From NCBI GenBank assembly GCA_039028435.1, contig JBCCIC010000019.1, positions 6,053-70,052 of the forward strand: a DNA stretch of 64,000 bases. The letters run 5' to 3'. Numbering within the stretch: position 1 is the first letter of the stretch; each line of letters starts with the position of its first letter. A model generated the notes under the pieces. That model was given only the letters and a program-made list of their open reading frames with translations. It ran no database searches and had not been told where the DNA came from. Position numbers and translations under genes: made by a program. Shown piece after piece: positions 7,934-16,717 of the stretch. This DNA comes from Actinomycetota bacterium (GTDB lineage Bacteria; Actinomycetota; Acidimicrobiia; Acidimicrobiales; UBA10347).

Positions 7934-9121
7934 TCAGCAGAGTCTGACTGCGGACGCTCCGAACTGTGCTTGCGCCTGCGTGAACCCCTCGAAGACCAGT
8001 TGGTCGACGAGACCACTGCATGAGAACGACGTGAAGTCGAGGTAGGACTGTGCCGACCCTGCGGCTTGGGCATTCCAGTCGACGGTGATGTTGTCGACGG
8101 CGTATGTGGCGTCGGCGGTTGGGAAGCCTTCGAACTCGAGTTGGCCGATGAGGCCTTGTCTGGAGAAGTTGGTGAAGCGGAGGTATGAGCGGGCGGACTC
8201 GATCGCGTTCTGCTGGGACACCGTCTGCGATGGCGCAGCGGGCGCTGGTGCGGGTGTCGATGTAGGGGCCGGCGGCGCTGGGGCTGGTGTCGCAGTGGGG
8301 ACTGGTGTCGGCGTGGATGTCGCCTCAGGAGCGGGTGTGGACTCCGTCGGCGCGTCGCATGGCACCGGAAAGAACAACACTCGGTCGTCGACCACGAACA
8401 GGTGAGATTCACGCGTCTCGCCGCGCCTATCGGTGATCTCCACCGCGTATGTGCCGACCCCTGGTACGGATCCTCCGCCAGGTTGTCCACTCTCTGGCAC
8501 CTGCCAGCTGGGCGTTTCAACACCGAGCACGAACTCGACCATGCCAAGGCCGCGAAGTGTTGAGGCTGCGCAGTCGAGCGCGTTCATCGTCCACTCACCG
8601 GCTGGGTACGAGTGAGCGTCGAGCAGGTCGAGAAATCCGGCTTGGGTTGGGTCTTGGGTCAAGCCGTTGTGTTTCGCTTCGTAGATCGACAGCAGTTCGA
8701 CAGCTGCTTCACGTGCGCTGTCAGCCTCGCGCTGTTCCGGTCCGCCTTGCAGGTCGAGGACTCGATCGTTTGCTGCCTGAAGGAGCGCTCGAAGCCTCTC
8801 AGCCTCGGCTTCGGCGTCTTCACGGCCTTGATCCGCTCGCTCGAGGCGGGCTTGCAGGTCTTCGCTCTGCGCAAGGATCTCGGCGATTTCTTCCCGCGCA
8901 TCCCGAAGTGTCGCATCGACGTCTGTCTCGTCGAGCTCGGCTTGGAAGCCCTGTGCTTCCGCCTCAGCGACTTCGAGCGCGCTGGCCACTGTCTCGATCT
9001 GTTCGTTGGCTGCTGCGAGTTCATCCGCCACAGCGTCGACGTCGGCTTGGGTGACACCATCCGACGAACATGCCGACAGTGCTGCAAGTGCCGCGAACGC
9101 GCAAACCCAGGGTCGCTTCAT
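7934..9121 (-). CDS. Ltp-family (host cell surface-exposed lipoprotein) superinfection-exclusion-like lipoprotein
   Basis: Signal peptide plus lipobox (AALSAC). Coiled-coil region, Pro/Thr linker and two C-terminal Ltp repeats (NAIESARSYLRFTNFSRQGLIGQLEFEGF and AAGSAQSYLDFTSFSCSGLVDQLVFEGF). GGAGGA ribosome-binding site. Confidence 0.8.
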   Translation of the reverse strand: MKRPWVCAFAALAALSACSSDGVTQADVDAVADELAAANEQIETVASALEVAEAEAQGFQAELDETDVDATLRDAREEIAEILAQSEDLQARLERADQGREDAEAEAERLRALLQAANDRVLDLQGGPEQREADSAREAAVELLSIYEAKHNGLTQDPTQAGFLDLLDAHSYPAGEWTMNALDCAASTLRGLGMVEFVLGVETPSWQVPESGQPGGGSVPGVGTYAVEITDRRGETRESHLFVVDDRVLFFPVPCDAPTESTPAPEATSTPTPVPTATPAPAPPAPTSTPAPAPAAPSQTVSQQNAIESARSYLRFTNFSRQGLIGQLEFEGFPTADATYAVDNITVDWNAQAAGSAQSYLDFTSFSCSGLVDQLVFEGFTQAQAQFGASAVRLC

Positions 9122-9180
9122 TCTTCCTCCACCGTTTCTTCTCGAAGTTTGGACCAGCGATTCAACGATCGCAAGCTCCT

Positions 9181-9528
9181 CTACTCGAGTTCTGTGACCC
9201 GTGCCTCGAGGCGTTCCATGCGCCTCACCAGTTCTCGGACGATCTCTTTGAGTTCATCGTTCGATGCGGCAACCTGAGCGACGCGCTCCGGGAGTGTGGG
9301 GCTGACGGTTGGATCACCGCCCTCGAGTAGCGAGCGAACGGAGCCATGCTCCCAGTCGAGGGCGATCTCCACCTTGCGCCACAGGTGCTCTGAAATCGGC
9401 TGAGCATCATTCTCAAGCTTGAGCCACGTATTGGCCGACATGCCGGCGACGCTGATCGCCTGCCGCTTGGACAGCCCGAGCTCATTGCGCCTGCGTTCCA
9501 CGGCTTCGGCGAGTTTGCGCCATTTCAT
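9181..9528 (-). CDS. CI-like XRE-family HTH repressor
   Basis: HTH LGLSKRQAISVAGMSANTWLKLE with a C-terminal coiled coil. Divergent from a Cro-like gene. ATG at 9528. Confidence 0.8.
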   Translation of the reverse strand: MKWRKLAEAVERRRNELGLSKRQAISVAGMSANTWLKLENDAQPISEHLWRKVEIALDWEHGSVRSLLEGGDPTVSPTLPERVAQVAASNDELKEIVRELVRRMERLEARVTELE

Positions 9529-9717
9529 CAGGCTGGATTGTGACGCGACACAGTGCGACACACAAGCCAGCCGGTCGACGTGTCGCCTTTCTGAGCGGCC
9601 GGCGACGCTTGTAATTTGACGCTTTCGTTCCTTTGTAATTTGGCTTTTGACACGAATAGGAACATTTCCGTGTCGACGCACTTGACAGTGACACGTAATC
9701 GTGCGAATCTGTGTCAT
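9529..9717. promoter_or_regulatory. divergent immunity switch region with operator-like repeats
   Basis: TTGTAATTTG direct repeat at 9609-9618 and 9633-9642. GCGACAC-type half sites at 9545, 9555, 9580 (reverse complement) and 9670 (reverse complement), plus TGACAC at 9689. TTGACA boxes at 9647 and 9682. Confidence 0.6.
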
Positions 9718-10029
9718 ATGAGGTTGAACTTTGAAGCAGTTCGCAGGGAGCGCAAAGCGCAGGGTCGGACGGCGACCTGGGTAGCGGAGCAGCTCGGCAT
9801 CGACCGCGCTACCTACTCGTCGTACGAGACGGGTCGCCGTGAGTGCCCGGGACCGATCTACGCCAACCTCGTCCGACTCTTCAACGTTCACCCGATGGTG
9901 TTCATCGGCGCCGAGGACCCAGAGGCCGCGATCATCGAGGCCGCTGCCGCTCTTGGCATCGACCCGGCCCGGTTCGGTGAGCTGCATGCCGAGCGGTTCC
10001 CCGACTTCGCCGAAGAGGTTGCGGTCTGA
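9718..10029 (+). CDS. Cro-like XRE-family HTH regulator
   Basis: HTH TATWVAEQLGIDRATYSSYETG. ATG lies 7 nt after a possible -10 box, so the transcript may be leaderless. Confidence 0.75.
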   Translation: MRLNFEAVRRERKAQGRTATWVAEQLGIDRATYSSYETGRRECPGPIYANLVRLFNVHPMVFIGAEDPEAAIIEAAAALGIDPARFGELHAERFPDFAEEVAV

Positions 10030-10265
10030 TGGCTGCGACGATGACGCAGGCCCGTCGAACCTTCGAGGTCACGTACGACGTGTGGTGGACGAGCTCCAGG
10101 AAGGGTTCCTCCAGGAACACGGTCGAGTTGACGATCGCGACGGGCGGCGGCGACTCGCTCGAGGAGCTGCTGTGCGGCGCTGCGCTCGACTTCGAGAACG
10201 GGTTCGCCGACGACGCCGGCTACCCGTACGAGGTGTTCCTCGTCGAGTTCGAGGAGGTCGACTGA
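10029..10265 (+). CDS. hypothetical phage protein
   Basis: ATGA-type junction with the upstream gene. Gene-like codon usage. Confidence 0.55.
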   Translation: MAATMTQARRTFEVTYDVWWTSSRKGSSRNTVELTIATGGGDSLEELLCGAALDFENGFADDAGYPYEVFLVEFEEVD

Positions 10266-10607
10266 ATGACGGCGTTCGCCGAAATGGTCCGCGAGATCGT
10301 CGTCGAGACCGTCGCCGAACTCGACCGCCGCCGCAAAGCCACGCCGGCGCCCGAGACGTACACGACGAGCGAAGCCGCCGTGGTGCTCGGAGTCACCACC
10401 GACCACGTCGGCCGCCTCTGCCGCGAAGGCCTCATCCGCACACTCCCTCGCGACATCTCCAACAAGTACCTGATCCCCCGATCCGCGATCGATGACCTGC
10501 TGTCCGGTGCAGCGTCGACATCACCCGCCGTTTCCCCAACGGTCCTACCCCTCCACGCGGGTGATGTCGACGGTGCGACCGGACGACCAGTCGGTGCAGC
10601 TGTTTGA
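10266..10607 (+). CDS. excisionase-family / MerR-like HTH DNA-binding protein
   Basis: TTSEAAVVLGVTTDHVGRLCREGLIRTL ... YLIPRSAIDDLL, matching the HTH_17 excisionase pattern. Confidence 0.6.
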   Translation: MTAFAEMVREIVVETVAELDRRRKATPAPETYTTSEAAVVLGVTTDHVGRLCREGLIRTLPRDISNKYLIPRSAIDDLLSGAASTSPAVSPTVLPLHAGDVDGATGRPVGAAV

Positions 10608-10655
10608 CCGCAGTCGTTTCCGTCTGACCTACCCCGGCGTCCGGTCGCACCACAC

Positions 10656-10668
10656 CGAAACAACCAGC
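10656..10668 (+). repeat. CGAAACAACCAGC intergenic motif, copy 1
   Basis: Exact 13-mer in the gap before 10732. Confidence 0.7.
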
Positions 10669-10671
10669 ACC

Positions 10672-10684
10672 AGAAACAACCAGC
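10672..10684 (+). repeat. AGAAACAACCAGC intergenic motif, copy 2
   Basis: 12/13 match, 3 nt after copy 1. Followed by the GCCCGAAAGCGGGC hairpin. Confidence 0.7.
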
Positions 10685-10731
10685 CCGAAAGCGGGCCCAC
10701 CACCACACCCGACCCGGAAGGGAATCCAGTC

Positions 10732-11106
10732 ATGGCAACCAGCACGCTCACCGAGCCCGTCACGCTCGGCCGAGTCCGCACCTACCTCACCGACATCGGA
10801 TGCGTCGCCACCCAACGGCGACACATCAACCACACCCGAGACCGGTGCCCGATCCTCGCCGGCGGCTCCGGCAACGAGATCGTCATCGTCACCATCAACG
10901 ACCTCACCCGGTTCGAGAACGCCGAGTACCTGTGGGACGAATCACTCCCCCACGACCACCCTGGCTACGAGCTCTCTGACGCGAACCGGGTCGAGAAGAT
11001 CCTCGTCTACTCGGCGGTCACCGAGAACCTGGTCGTCGAGTTGTGCGCCGACTCGTGGCCCGCAGTGTCCGCAGTGCTCCTCGCGGCCGCCCAGCAGGCC
11101 TGGTGA
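10732..11106 (+). CDS. hypothetical phage protein
   Basis: ATG after GGAAGGGAA. 124 aa. Confidence 0.55.
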   Translation: MATSTLTEPVTLGRVRTYLTDIGCVATQRRHINHTRDRCPILAGGSGNEIVIVTINDLTRFENAEYLWDESLPHDHPGYELSDANRVEKILVYSAVTENLVVELCADSWPAVSAVLLAAAQQAW

Positions 11107-11111
11107 ACGCC

Positions 11112-11402
11112 ATGCCGAACACCAGCGTCCTCGACGCTCGCACCGCGCCGCCGAACATGCGAGCCGAACTCACGAAGATCCTCAACGGCATCGACGGCAT
11201 CACTGCCGAGGAGCACACGAACACGCTCGCCCGCATCGAGGCCCTCATCGCCAGCAACACCGTTTGGTGGACCGTCGAACCCGGATCGAACGGTCACAGC
11301 TCAGTGGTGACCAACACCAACCAACCCGGCGTGAAGAGGTTCCCCGACCGACAGTGGCGAGTCTGCGTCTGGGGCGACGGCTTCGAAGGCACCGAACGAT
11401 GA
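11112..11402 (+). CDS. hypothetical phage protein
   Basis: ATG at 11112. Its stop overlaps the next start (ATGA). Confidence 0.5.
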   Translation: MPNTSVLDARTAPPNMRAELTKILNGIDGITAEEHTNTLARIEALIASNTVWWTVEPGSNGHSSVVTNTNQPGVKRFPDRQWRVCVWGDGFEGTER

Positions 11403-12292
11403 CCGCCGTCGTACCCGTCGAAGAGACGGTCCGCTGGTACCCCAACGCCGACGTCGTGTTGAACCTCGAGTTCGCAGATGAACACGAACGACTCACCGTG
11501 CGCACCACCGGCATCGGTTCGTCCGACATCAACATCATCCTCGGCGACTCGCGGTGGCAGACCCCGCTCGAGTTGTGGGAGGTGAAGACCGGCCGCACGC
11601 CGATCGATACAACCACCAGCGAGGCCGCAGAGTGGGGCCAAGCCCTCGAACCGGTGATCGCCCGCAAGTTCTCGCAACGCCACGACTGCCGAATCGTGAA
11701 CCTGCCCTTCGTTCTCGCCCGACGGGACAAGCCCTGGCATCGTGCGTCACCCGACTCAGGCGTCGAGTTCTACGCACGGCCGACTCTCGTCGAGATCAAG
11801 TGCCGCGACCAGTACGGCTGGGACTCAATCGACCCGGCTGTCTACGACCAGGTGCAGTGGCAGCTCCACGTGACCGGCCTCGACGACGCCTACATCGTGG
11901 TGCTCTTCCGCGGCCGCGAGATGCCACCACCGTGGCCCGTGAGACGCGACCAGGAGCGCATCGACTACCTCATCGAGAAGGTCGACGAGTTCTGGGGCTA
12001 CGTCCAGCTCGACGAGCCGCCACCACCGATGCCGACGGACACGCGGCGCCTCACACCGGCCGATGGCCAGAAGGTCGCGGATAACGACATCCTGGCGAAG
12101 GTCACGGTCCTCGACGAGTGGAAGGAACTCGCCGACGCCGCCAAGGCCGTCGCCGACGAAGCGGCCGACGAGCTGCGCCTCTCGCTCGTCGACCACGACG
12201 AGCTCGTCGACGCCGACGGAAACCGCCTCTACACGTACCGCATGTCCGAGAAGACCGGACGTCGCACGCTTCGAAAGGTGGCGCGCCGATGA
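11399..12292 (+). CDS. YqaJ-like (lambda Exo-type) recombination exonuclease
   Basis: GIGSSDINIILG ... TPLELWEVKTG ... SPD ... VEIKC, a PD-(D/E)XK pattern. Directly upstream of RecT. Confidence 0.75.
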   Translation: MTAVVPVEETVRWYPNADVVLNLEFADEHERLTVRTTGIGSSDINIILGDSRWQTPLELWEVKTGRTPIDTTTSEAAEWGQALEPVIARKFSQRHDCRIVNLPFVLARRDKPWHRASPDSGVEFYARPTLVEIKCRDQYGWDSIDPAVYDQVQWQLHVTGLDDAYIVVLFRGREMPPPWPVRRDQERIDYLIEKVDEFWGYVQLDEPPPPMPTDTRRLTPADGQKVADNDILAKVTVLDEWKELADAAKAVADEAADELRLSLVDHDELVDADGNRLYTYRMSEKTGRRTLRKVARR

Positions 12293-13413
12293 CGATCACC
12301 GACAGCTCGACCGACCTAGTCATCGCCGCACCCGAGGGCGGAATCCTCACCTTCGACGACACACACCGTCGTCTCATCGCCGACCAGATCGCGCCCGGCG
12401 CGTCGCCCGCCGAGATCGAGACGTTCCTGTACGTCTGCGCTCACGTGCAGCTCGACCCGATGCGCAACCAAATCTGGCTCGTACCCCGATACGACTCGCA
12501 GCTCCGCCGCAAGGTCTTCAAGCCACAGACCGGCATCGACGGTCTCCGGCTGATCGCCGAACGCACTCGTCTCTACGGCGGATCCCTCGCGCCTCAGTGG
12601 TGCGGCCCTGACGGTGTTTGGCTCGACATCTGGGCCAACCCTGACCGGCCGCCGACCGCGGCCCGGTTCCAGGTCACCCGCAAGGACTGGGACCAGCCGG
12701 CCGTCGGTATCGCGACCTGGGAAGAGTTCGCCGTGACCGTCCCGCAGTACGAGAAACGCAACGGCAAGAACGTCAAGGTCGGCACGAAGCTCGCGCCGAT
12801 GTGGGAACAGATGGGCCCCCACATGCTCGCGAAGTGCGCTGAGGCGCAGGCGCTGCGCCGAGCGTTCCCGGCCGAGATGTCGGGCCTCTACACCGATGAC
12901 GAGATCGCAGCGGCGCTGGAACAGGAACGGGAGCAGGTCACCGTCATCGACGCATCATCTGTCGCGACCGCGAACGACGGGATCTCCGAGGACGAACGGC
13001 GAAGGGTGCAAGAAATCTTCGCTGAGCTCATGCCCCGGTTCCACCAAGTCGGCGACGTCAACGAGTTCAAGAAGCGGCTCAGGGCCGAAGCTGACGAGCG
13101 CGGGATCGGTCCGATCGATCGAGTCACTGGCAACGCGCTCACCCTCGCTCAGGCCGAACTGATGCGCGACCTCCATGCCGAAGTAGCCGGCGGCGACACC
13201 GAAGTGATCGAGGGCGAGCTCGTCGGACCGGGTGAACCGTGGACCGATTCTCCCGAGGGCGACACGACCGTTGCTGTGTCGATCTACGCCGCCCATGTCG
13301 GCGTGAAAGACGATACGCACACTCCAGTCGAGCGTCTGCAGGCGATCGCCGATCACCACGCATGCACACCCGAAGAAGCGCTCGACCGGGTGCGGGAATG
13401 GGCGGGGCTGTGA
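12289..13413 (+). CDS. recT: RecT-family single-strand annealing protein
   Basis: FLYVCAHVQLDPMRNQIWLVPR ... GIDGLRLIAERT ... MLAKCAEAQALRRAFP. ATGA overlap with the exonuclease gene. Confidence 0.8.
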   Translation: MTITDSSTDLVIAAPEGGILTFDDTHRRLIADQIAPGASPAEIETFLYVCAHVQLDPMRNQIWLVPRYDSQLRRKVFKPQTGIDGLRLIAERTRLYGGSLAPQWCGPDGVWLDIWANPDRPPTAARFQVTRKDWDQPAVGIATWEEFAVTVPQYEKRNGKNVKVGTKLAPMWEQMGPHMLAKCAEAQALRRAFPAEMSGLYTDDEIAAALEQEREQVTVIDASSVATANDGISEDERRRVQEIFAELMPRFHQVGDVNEFKKRLRAEADERGIGPIDRVTGNALTLAQAELMRDLHAEVAGGDTEVIEGELVGPGEPWTDSPEGDTTVAVSIYAAHVGVKDDTHTPVERLQAIADHHACTPEEALDRVREWAGL

Positions 13414-13577
13414 GCCAGACGTTGACCCCCGGCGATGACCGCACCTCGACGCAGATGCTGACCGACTCGCTCGCAGCGCTCGATTCGTGGCGCACCCACC
13501 AGGCCGACGCGCAACGCGCCCGAACCACCCGACCCTCCCGCCTACACCGAAAGGAGCACAACGATGGCGTTCGGTAA
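13410..13577 (+). CDS. possible small phage protein (55 aa)
   Basis: GTGA overlap with the recT stop. High third-position GC. Overlaps the ssb start by 14 nt. Confidence 0.3.
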   Translation: MSQTLTPGDDRTSTQMLTDSLAALDSWRTHQADAQRARTTRPSRLHRKEHNDGVR

Positions 13578-14013
13578 CACCGTCACGGTCGTTGGCAATC
13601 TGACCCGCGACCCCGAGCTGCGGTACACGCCGACCGGCGCGTCGGTCTGCAACTTCGGCGTCGCCTGGAACAAGCGCTACCAGCGCAACGGCGAACAGGT
13701 CGAGGAGGTCAACTACTTCGAGTGCACCTGCTTCGGCGACCTGGCCGAGAACGTCGCAGGCTCGCTCTCGAAAGGCACACGGGTCGTCATCGTTGGTGAA
13801 CTCCAGCAGCGTTCCTGGGAGACACCCAACGGCGAGCGTCGCTCAAAGGTCGAGGTCCGATGCGACGAGGTCTCCCCGTCGCTCAGGTGGGCCTCCGTCG
13901 AGGTGACCAGGAACGAGCGCACCGGCGCCCCGCAGACGCCCAGCTCGCCAGCGAATCAGCACCCCACACCGGCACCGGTGCCCGACTACAACTACGACGA
14001 GGAGCCGTTCTGA
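13564..14013 (+). CDS. ssb: single-stranded DNA-binding protein
   Basis: OB-fold N-terminus VTVVGNLTRDPELRYTPTGASVCNFGVAWN. Pro-rich linker and acidic tail DYNYDEEPF. Confidence 0.9.
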   Translation: MAFGNTVTVVGNLTRDPELRYTPTGASVCNFGVAWNKRYQRNGEQVEEVNYFECTCFGDLAENVAGSLSKGTRVVIVGELQQRSWETPNGERRSKVEVRCDEVSPSLRWASVEVTRNERTGAPQTPSSPANQHPTPAPVPDYNYDEEPF

Positions 14014-14111
14014 TGATCCTGGTCATCGGATTGCTGGCGGCAGTCGCGTCGTGCGTGATCGCCCGCGCCGACCGCGAACGACTCGCTCAATGCCAAGGGC
14101 CTGGGTCATGA
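14013..14111 (+). CDS. possible 32-aa membrane peptide
   Basis: MILVIGLLAAVASCVIA. Start and stop both overlap the neighbouring genes. Confidence 0.25.
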   Translation: MILVIGLLAAVASCVIARADRERLAQCQGPGS

Positions 14112-14431
14112 ACGGGCAGCTCACGCTCGATGACGCGCTCGCCCGCGTCGGCCACAACGCCGCCCCTGACTGGCGATCGCTCGCTCAACGCATCGTCGCC
14201 GAACTCGCAGCCGCCGGCGAATTCATCGCCGACGACGTCTGGGAACAGCTCAGCGAGCACGACGACATCCTTACTCACGAGCCTCGAGCACTCGGCGAGA
14301 TCATCACCACCGCCCAACGCTCAGGCCTGATCGTTCACACCGGCCGGTACGCCCGCTCCCGCCGCAGGCGTGCCCAGATCCCGGTGTGGACCGGGGCACC
14401 TGTCCAGACGGACACCGCCATGACTGGCTGA
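14108..14431 (+). CDS. hypothetical phage protein
   Basis: ATGA junction. 107 aa. Confidence 0.5.
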   Translation: MNGQLTLDDALARVGHNAAPDWRSLAQRIVAELAAAGEFIADDVWEQLSEHDDILTHEPRALGEIITTAQRSGLIVHTGRYARSRRRRAQIPVWTGAPVQTDTAMTG

Positions 14432-14446
14432 ACAGAGTGCCCTGAC

Positions 14447-14492
14447 GTCGCCCGGCCCGGCCTCTCCCGCCAAGTCGCCAGGGCCGGGCGAC
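14447..14492 (+). terminator. stem-loop between early genes
   Basis: Perfect 12-bp stem GTCGCCCGGCCC / GGGCCGGGCGAC, immediately upstream of motif copy 3. Confidence 0.45.
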
Positions 14493-14496
14493 ACCC

Positions 14497-14509
14497 CGAA
14501 ACAACCAGC
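14497..14509 (+). repeat. CGAAACAACCAGC intergenic motif, copy 3
   Basis: Exact 13-mer, 18 nt before the TTG start at 14528. Confidence 0.7.
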
Positions 14510-14527
14510 AGCAAAGGACCACGCACC

Positions 14528-15265
14528 TTGACCACTCTCGCCACACCCCACAACGCCGGGCTGCTCGCCCGCTCATGGCTCACAGCGTTCGCCGCGACCT
14601 CCACCAACGAAGACCAGTACACGCTGTTCCGCAGCCTCGAGGTCGAACACTTCATCGACCGAGGCCTCCGGGTCACGTCCACCGACTCCTATGTCCTCGC
14701 GTCGGTGTGGTGCCCGAGCGGCGACATCGAAGCGCCCCTCCCCGAGGAGCCGCCGGACGAGACGTTCGCGGTCTACGACGAGGACAAGCGCGGCGTCGCG
14801 TTCATGAAGCACGCCGCGAAGCTCGCGACCGCCGCCGCCAAGGACGAAGCCGCGCCGGTCCCCGTCATCACCGCCCTGGTGCGCAAGGCCCGCCCCTCGT
14901 CGCAGCTCACCCTGTTCGGTAGCGGCGAAGCCCGCGAGCTCGTCGTGTCGTTGAACGACGGCGACGAGACCGTCGCGATGGGCATCCGATCGGACGGGTA
15001 CCCGAACTGGCGGTCCGTGCTCGTCGGCACCGGGCTCGACATCAGCCCTCCGGACACACCTGACTTCGGTCTCTCCGCTCACACGCTGACCGTGATGGCG
15101 AACGTGTCGAAGTCCTTCGGTGACACTCACCCGATCGTCGCCCGACCGTCGTCTGATCACCCGCAGATGATCCGGTTCAACGCAGACGGTTTCGCCGGCG
15201 AGCCAGCGCTGCAGGGCGTGTTCACCCTCGCCACCCGCCCCGATGATCAGGACGGCGAAGGATGA
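14528..15265 (+). CDS. DNA polymerase III beta-clamp-like protein (short, two-domain size)
   Basis: LEVEHFIDRGLRVTSTDSYVLA and SDGYPNWRSVLV resemble the DnaN strand and the conserved (F/Y)P(D/N)(Y/W)xxV(I/L) linker. TTG start. Confidence 0.4.
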   Translation: MTTLATPHNAGLLARSWLTAFAATSTNEDQYTLFRSLEVEHFIDRGLRVTSTDSYVLASVWCPSGDIEAPLPEEPPDETFAVYDEDKRGVAFMKHAAKLATAAAKDEAAPVPVITALVRKARPSSQLTLFGSGEARELVVSLNDGDETVAMGIRSDGYPNWRSVLVGTGLDISPPDTPDFGLSAHTLTVMANVSKSFGDTHPIVARPSSDHPQMIRFNADGFAGEPALQGVFTLATRPDDQDGEG

Positions 15266-15873
15266 CCGGCACGACCCGCGTGTGGGTCATCGAAGACGAA
15301 GACGGCGAGCCGTCGTGGATGGCCGAGACCGAGAACGACCCGGCGACCGCTTCGCCCGACGTCTGCGTCGTCGACGTACCGACCGCCGTCTGGGAACGAT
15401 TCGACGAAGGGCGCCGCGCCATCAACAAGGCGATCGCCGAGGCACTCACGATCGCCGGCCGAGATCCCGAAACCGGCGAGCTGCCGCCCTGCGACCGCTA
15501 CCACGGCGAACCGCAGAGGATTGCGGCCCACCTCAACGCGGTCGCGAAGATCGATGGCCGGGAGTACCACTTTGCGCGATCGTCCGGTCTCGACGGCGAC
15601 GAGACCGCCATACATCAGCACGCCGCAAGACTCCGCTCAGCGATAGCGAACCGGTCCCTCGCGATGTTGGGATTCGGTGTCAAGGATCTGATCGAGCTCG
15701 ATCCCGACCGGGACACCATCACGGTCACCGACGTTCCCGAGAGCGAGCACTTCCCGTGGTCGTGTCGCCGTTGCGGCCGAACTCAGTCGGAGCACCTTCG
15801 CCGCGACGCGGAGACCGACACGCCGACCGAGCCCGTGCACACCGTGCACGAGAACCAGGGGGTGCTCGAATGA
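15262..15873 (+). CDS. hypothetical phage protein
   Basis: ATGA junctions on both sides. C-terminal CRRCG motif. Confidence 0.55.
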   Translation: MTGTTRVWVIEDEDGEPSWMAETENDPATASPDVCVVDVPTAVWERFDEGRRAINKAIAEALTIAGRDPETGELPPCDRYHGEPQRIAAHLNAVAKIDGREYHFARSSGLDGDETAIHQHAARLRSAIANRSLAMLGFGVKDLIELDPDRDTITVTDVPESEHFPWSCRRCGRTQSEHLRRDAETDTPTEPVHTVHENQGVLE

Positions 15874-16085
15874 TCGACGCGCTCGGCCCCACCGGGTCCC
15901 TGGATCTCGAACCGATCGGCTCCTCGAGCAACGACGGCAACGGGAAGCTCTACCGAGTCCGCACCCCCGATACGCGGCGACGCCTGGCCGACGGGACTCC
16001 GTCGACGAATGGCGAGTACCCACCAATCATCTTCATCACCGCATCCGCGCTCCGCCGCCGCGAGGCAGCCGAGGCCGCAGCATGA
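15870..16085 (+). CDS. hypothetical phage protein
   Basis: ATGA junction. 71 aa. Confidence 0.45.
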   Translation: MIDALGPTGSLDLEPIGSSSNDGNGKLYRVRTPDTRRRLADGTPSTNGEYPPIIFITASALRRREAAEAAA

Positions 16086-16717
16086 GCGAGAAGCCACCGG
16101 ATGTGATGCGGCGCGGTCCGTGGAACGACAACGCCGAGATGATCGCCGAGATCGGTCAACGCCTCGACCTGATCCGCGGGCCGGTGCTCGACCTCACCTA
16201 CGGCCACGGTGCGTTCTGGCGTCACTGGAGGCCGGATGAGCTCGTGACGAACGATCTTCACCCGGCGAAAGGTGACCACAGCCATGACGTCCGCGGGCGG
16301 CTGCCCGAGGAATGGCATCGCTCGTTCAAGTCGGTGTTCCTGGACGTGCCGTATCGCATGGCTGGCACCAAGGGAACCGGGGCGCGGTCCGGTGACGCCG
16401 ACTTCGACGAGGCCTACGGGCTCGACAACGTCCGCGACCGCGACGTCCCGTACCTGCTGTGTGGTGGTGTTGTGAACGCGATCGAGTGCGTCGCCCGCGC
16501 CGGCCGACTGTTCGTGAAGTGCCAGGACGGCCAGTGGTCCGGCGGCCTCTATCAGCAGACCCGCGCCGTCGAGGACGTCGCCCGGGCACTGTGGTTCGAG
16601 ACAACGAACCAGTTCGAGCTGCCATGCAATCCGCAGCCGCAGCCCGGCAAGCAGCGCAACGAGCGGTCGAACTCATCGATCCTGCTCGTCCTGAAGAAGC
16701 GGAGTCGCGTGAAGTGA
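16082..16717 (+). CDS. orphan DNA methyltransferase (amino-MTase type)
   Basis: Motif I-like VLDLTYGHGAFW precedes motif IV-like VFLDVPY (a DPPY variant). No restriction gene nearby. Confidence 0.55.
   Translation: MSEKPPDVMRRGPWNDNAEMIAEIGQRLDLIRGPVLDLTYGHGAFWRHWRPDELVTNDLHPAKGDHSHDVRGRLPEEWHRSFKSVFLDVPYRMAGTKGTGARSGDADFDEAYGLDNVRDRDVPYLLCGGVVNAIECVARAGRLFVKCQDGQWSGGLYQQTRAVEDVARALWFETTNQFELPCNPQPQPGKQRNERSNSSILLVLKKRSRVK

Noticed and set aside
7915-8547. Upstream 210 aa of the 332-aa minus-strand ORF
   Set aside because: It is Pro/Arg/Ser/His-rich and lies inside the Ltp-like gene in another frame. The ATG at 7914 gives a compact, plausible 121-aa protein.
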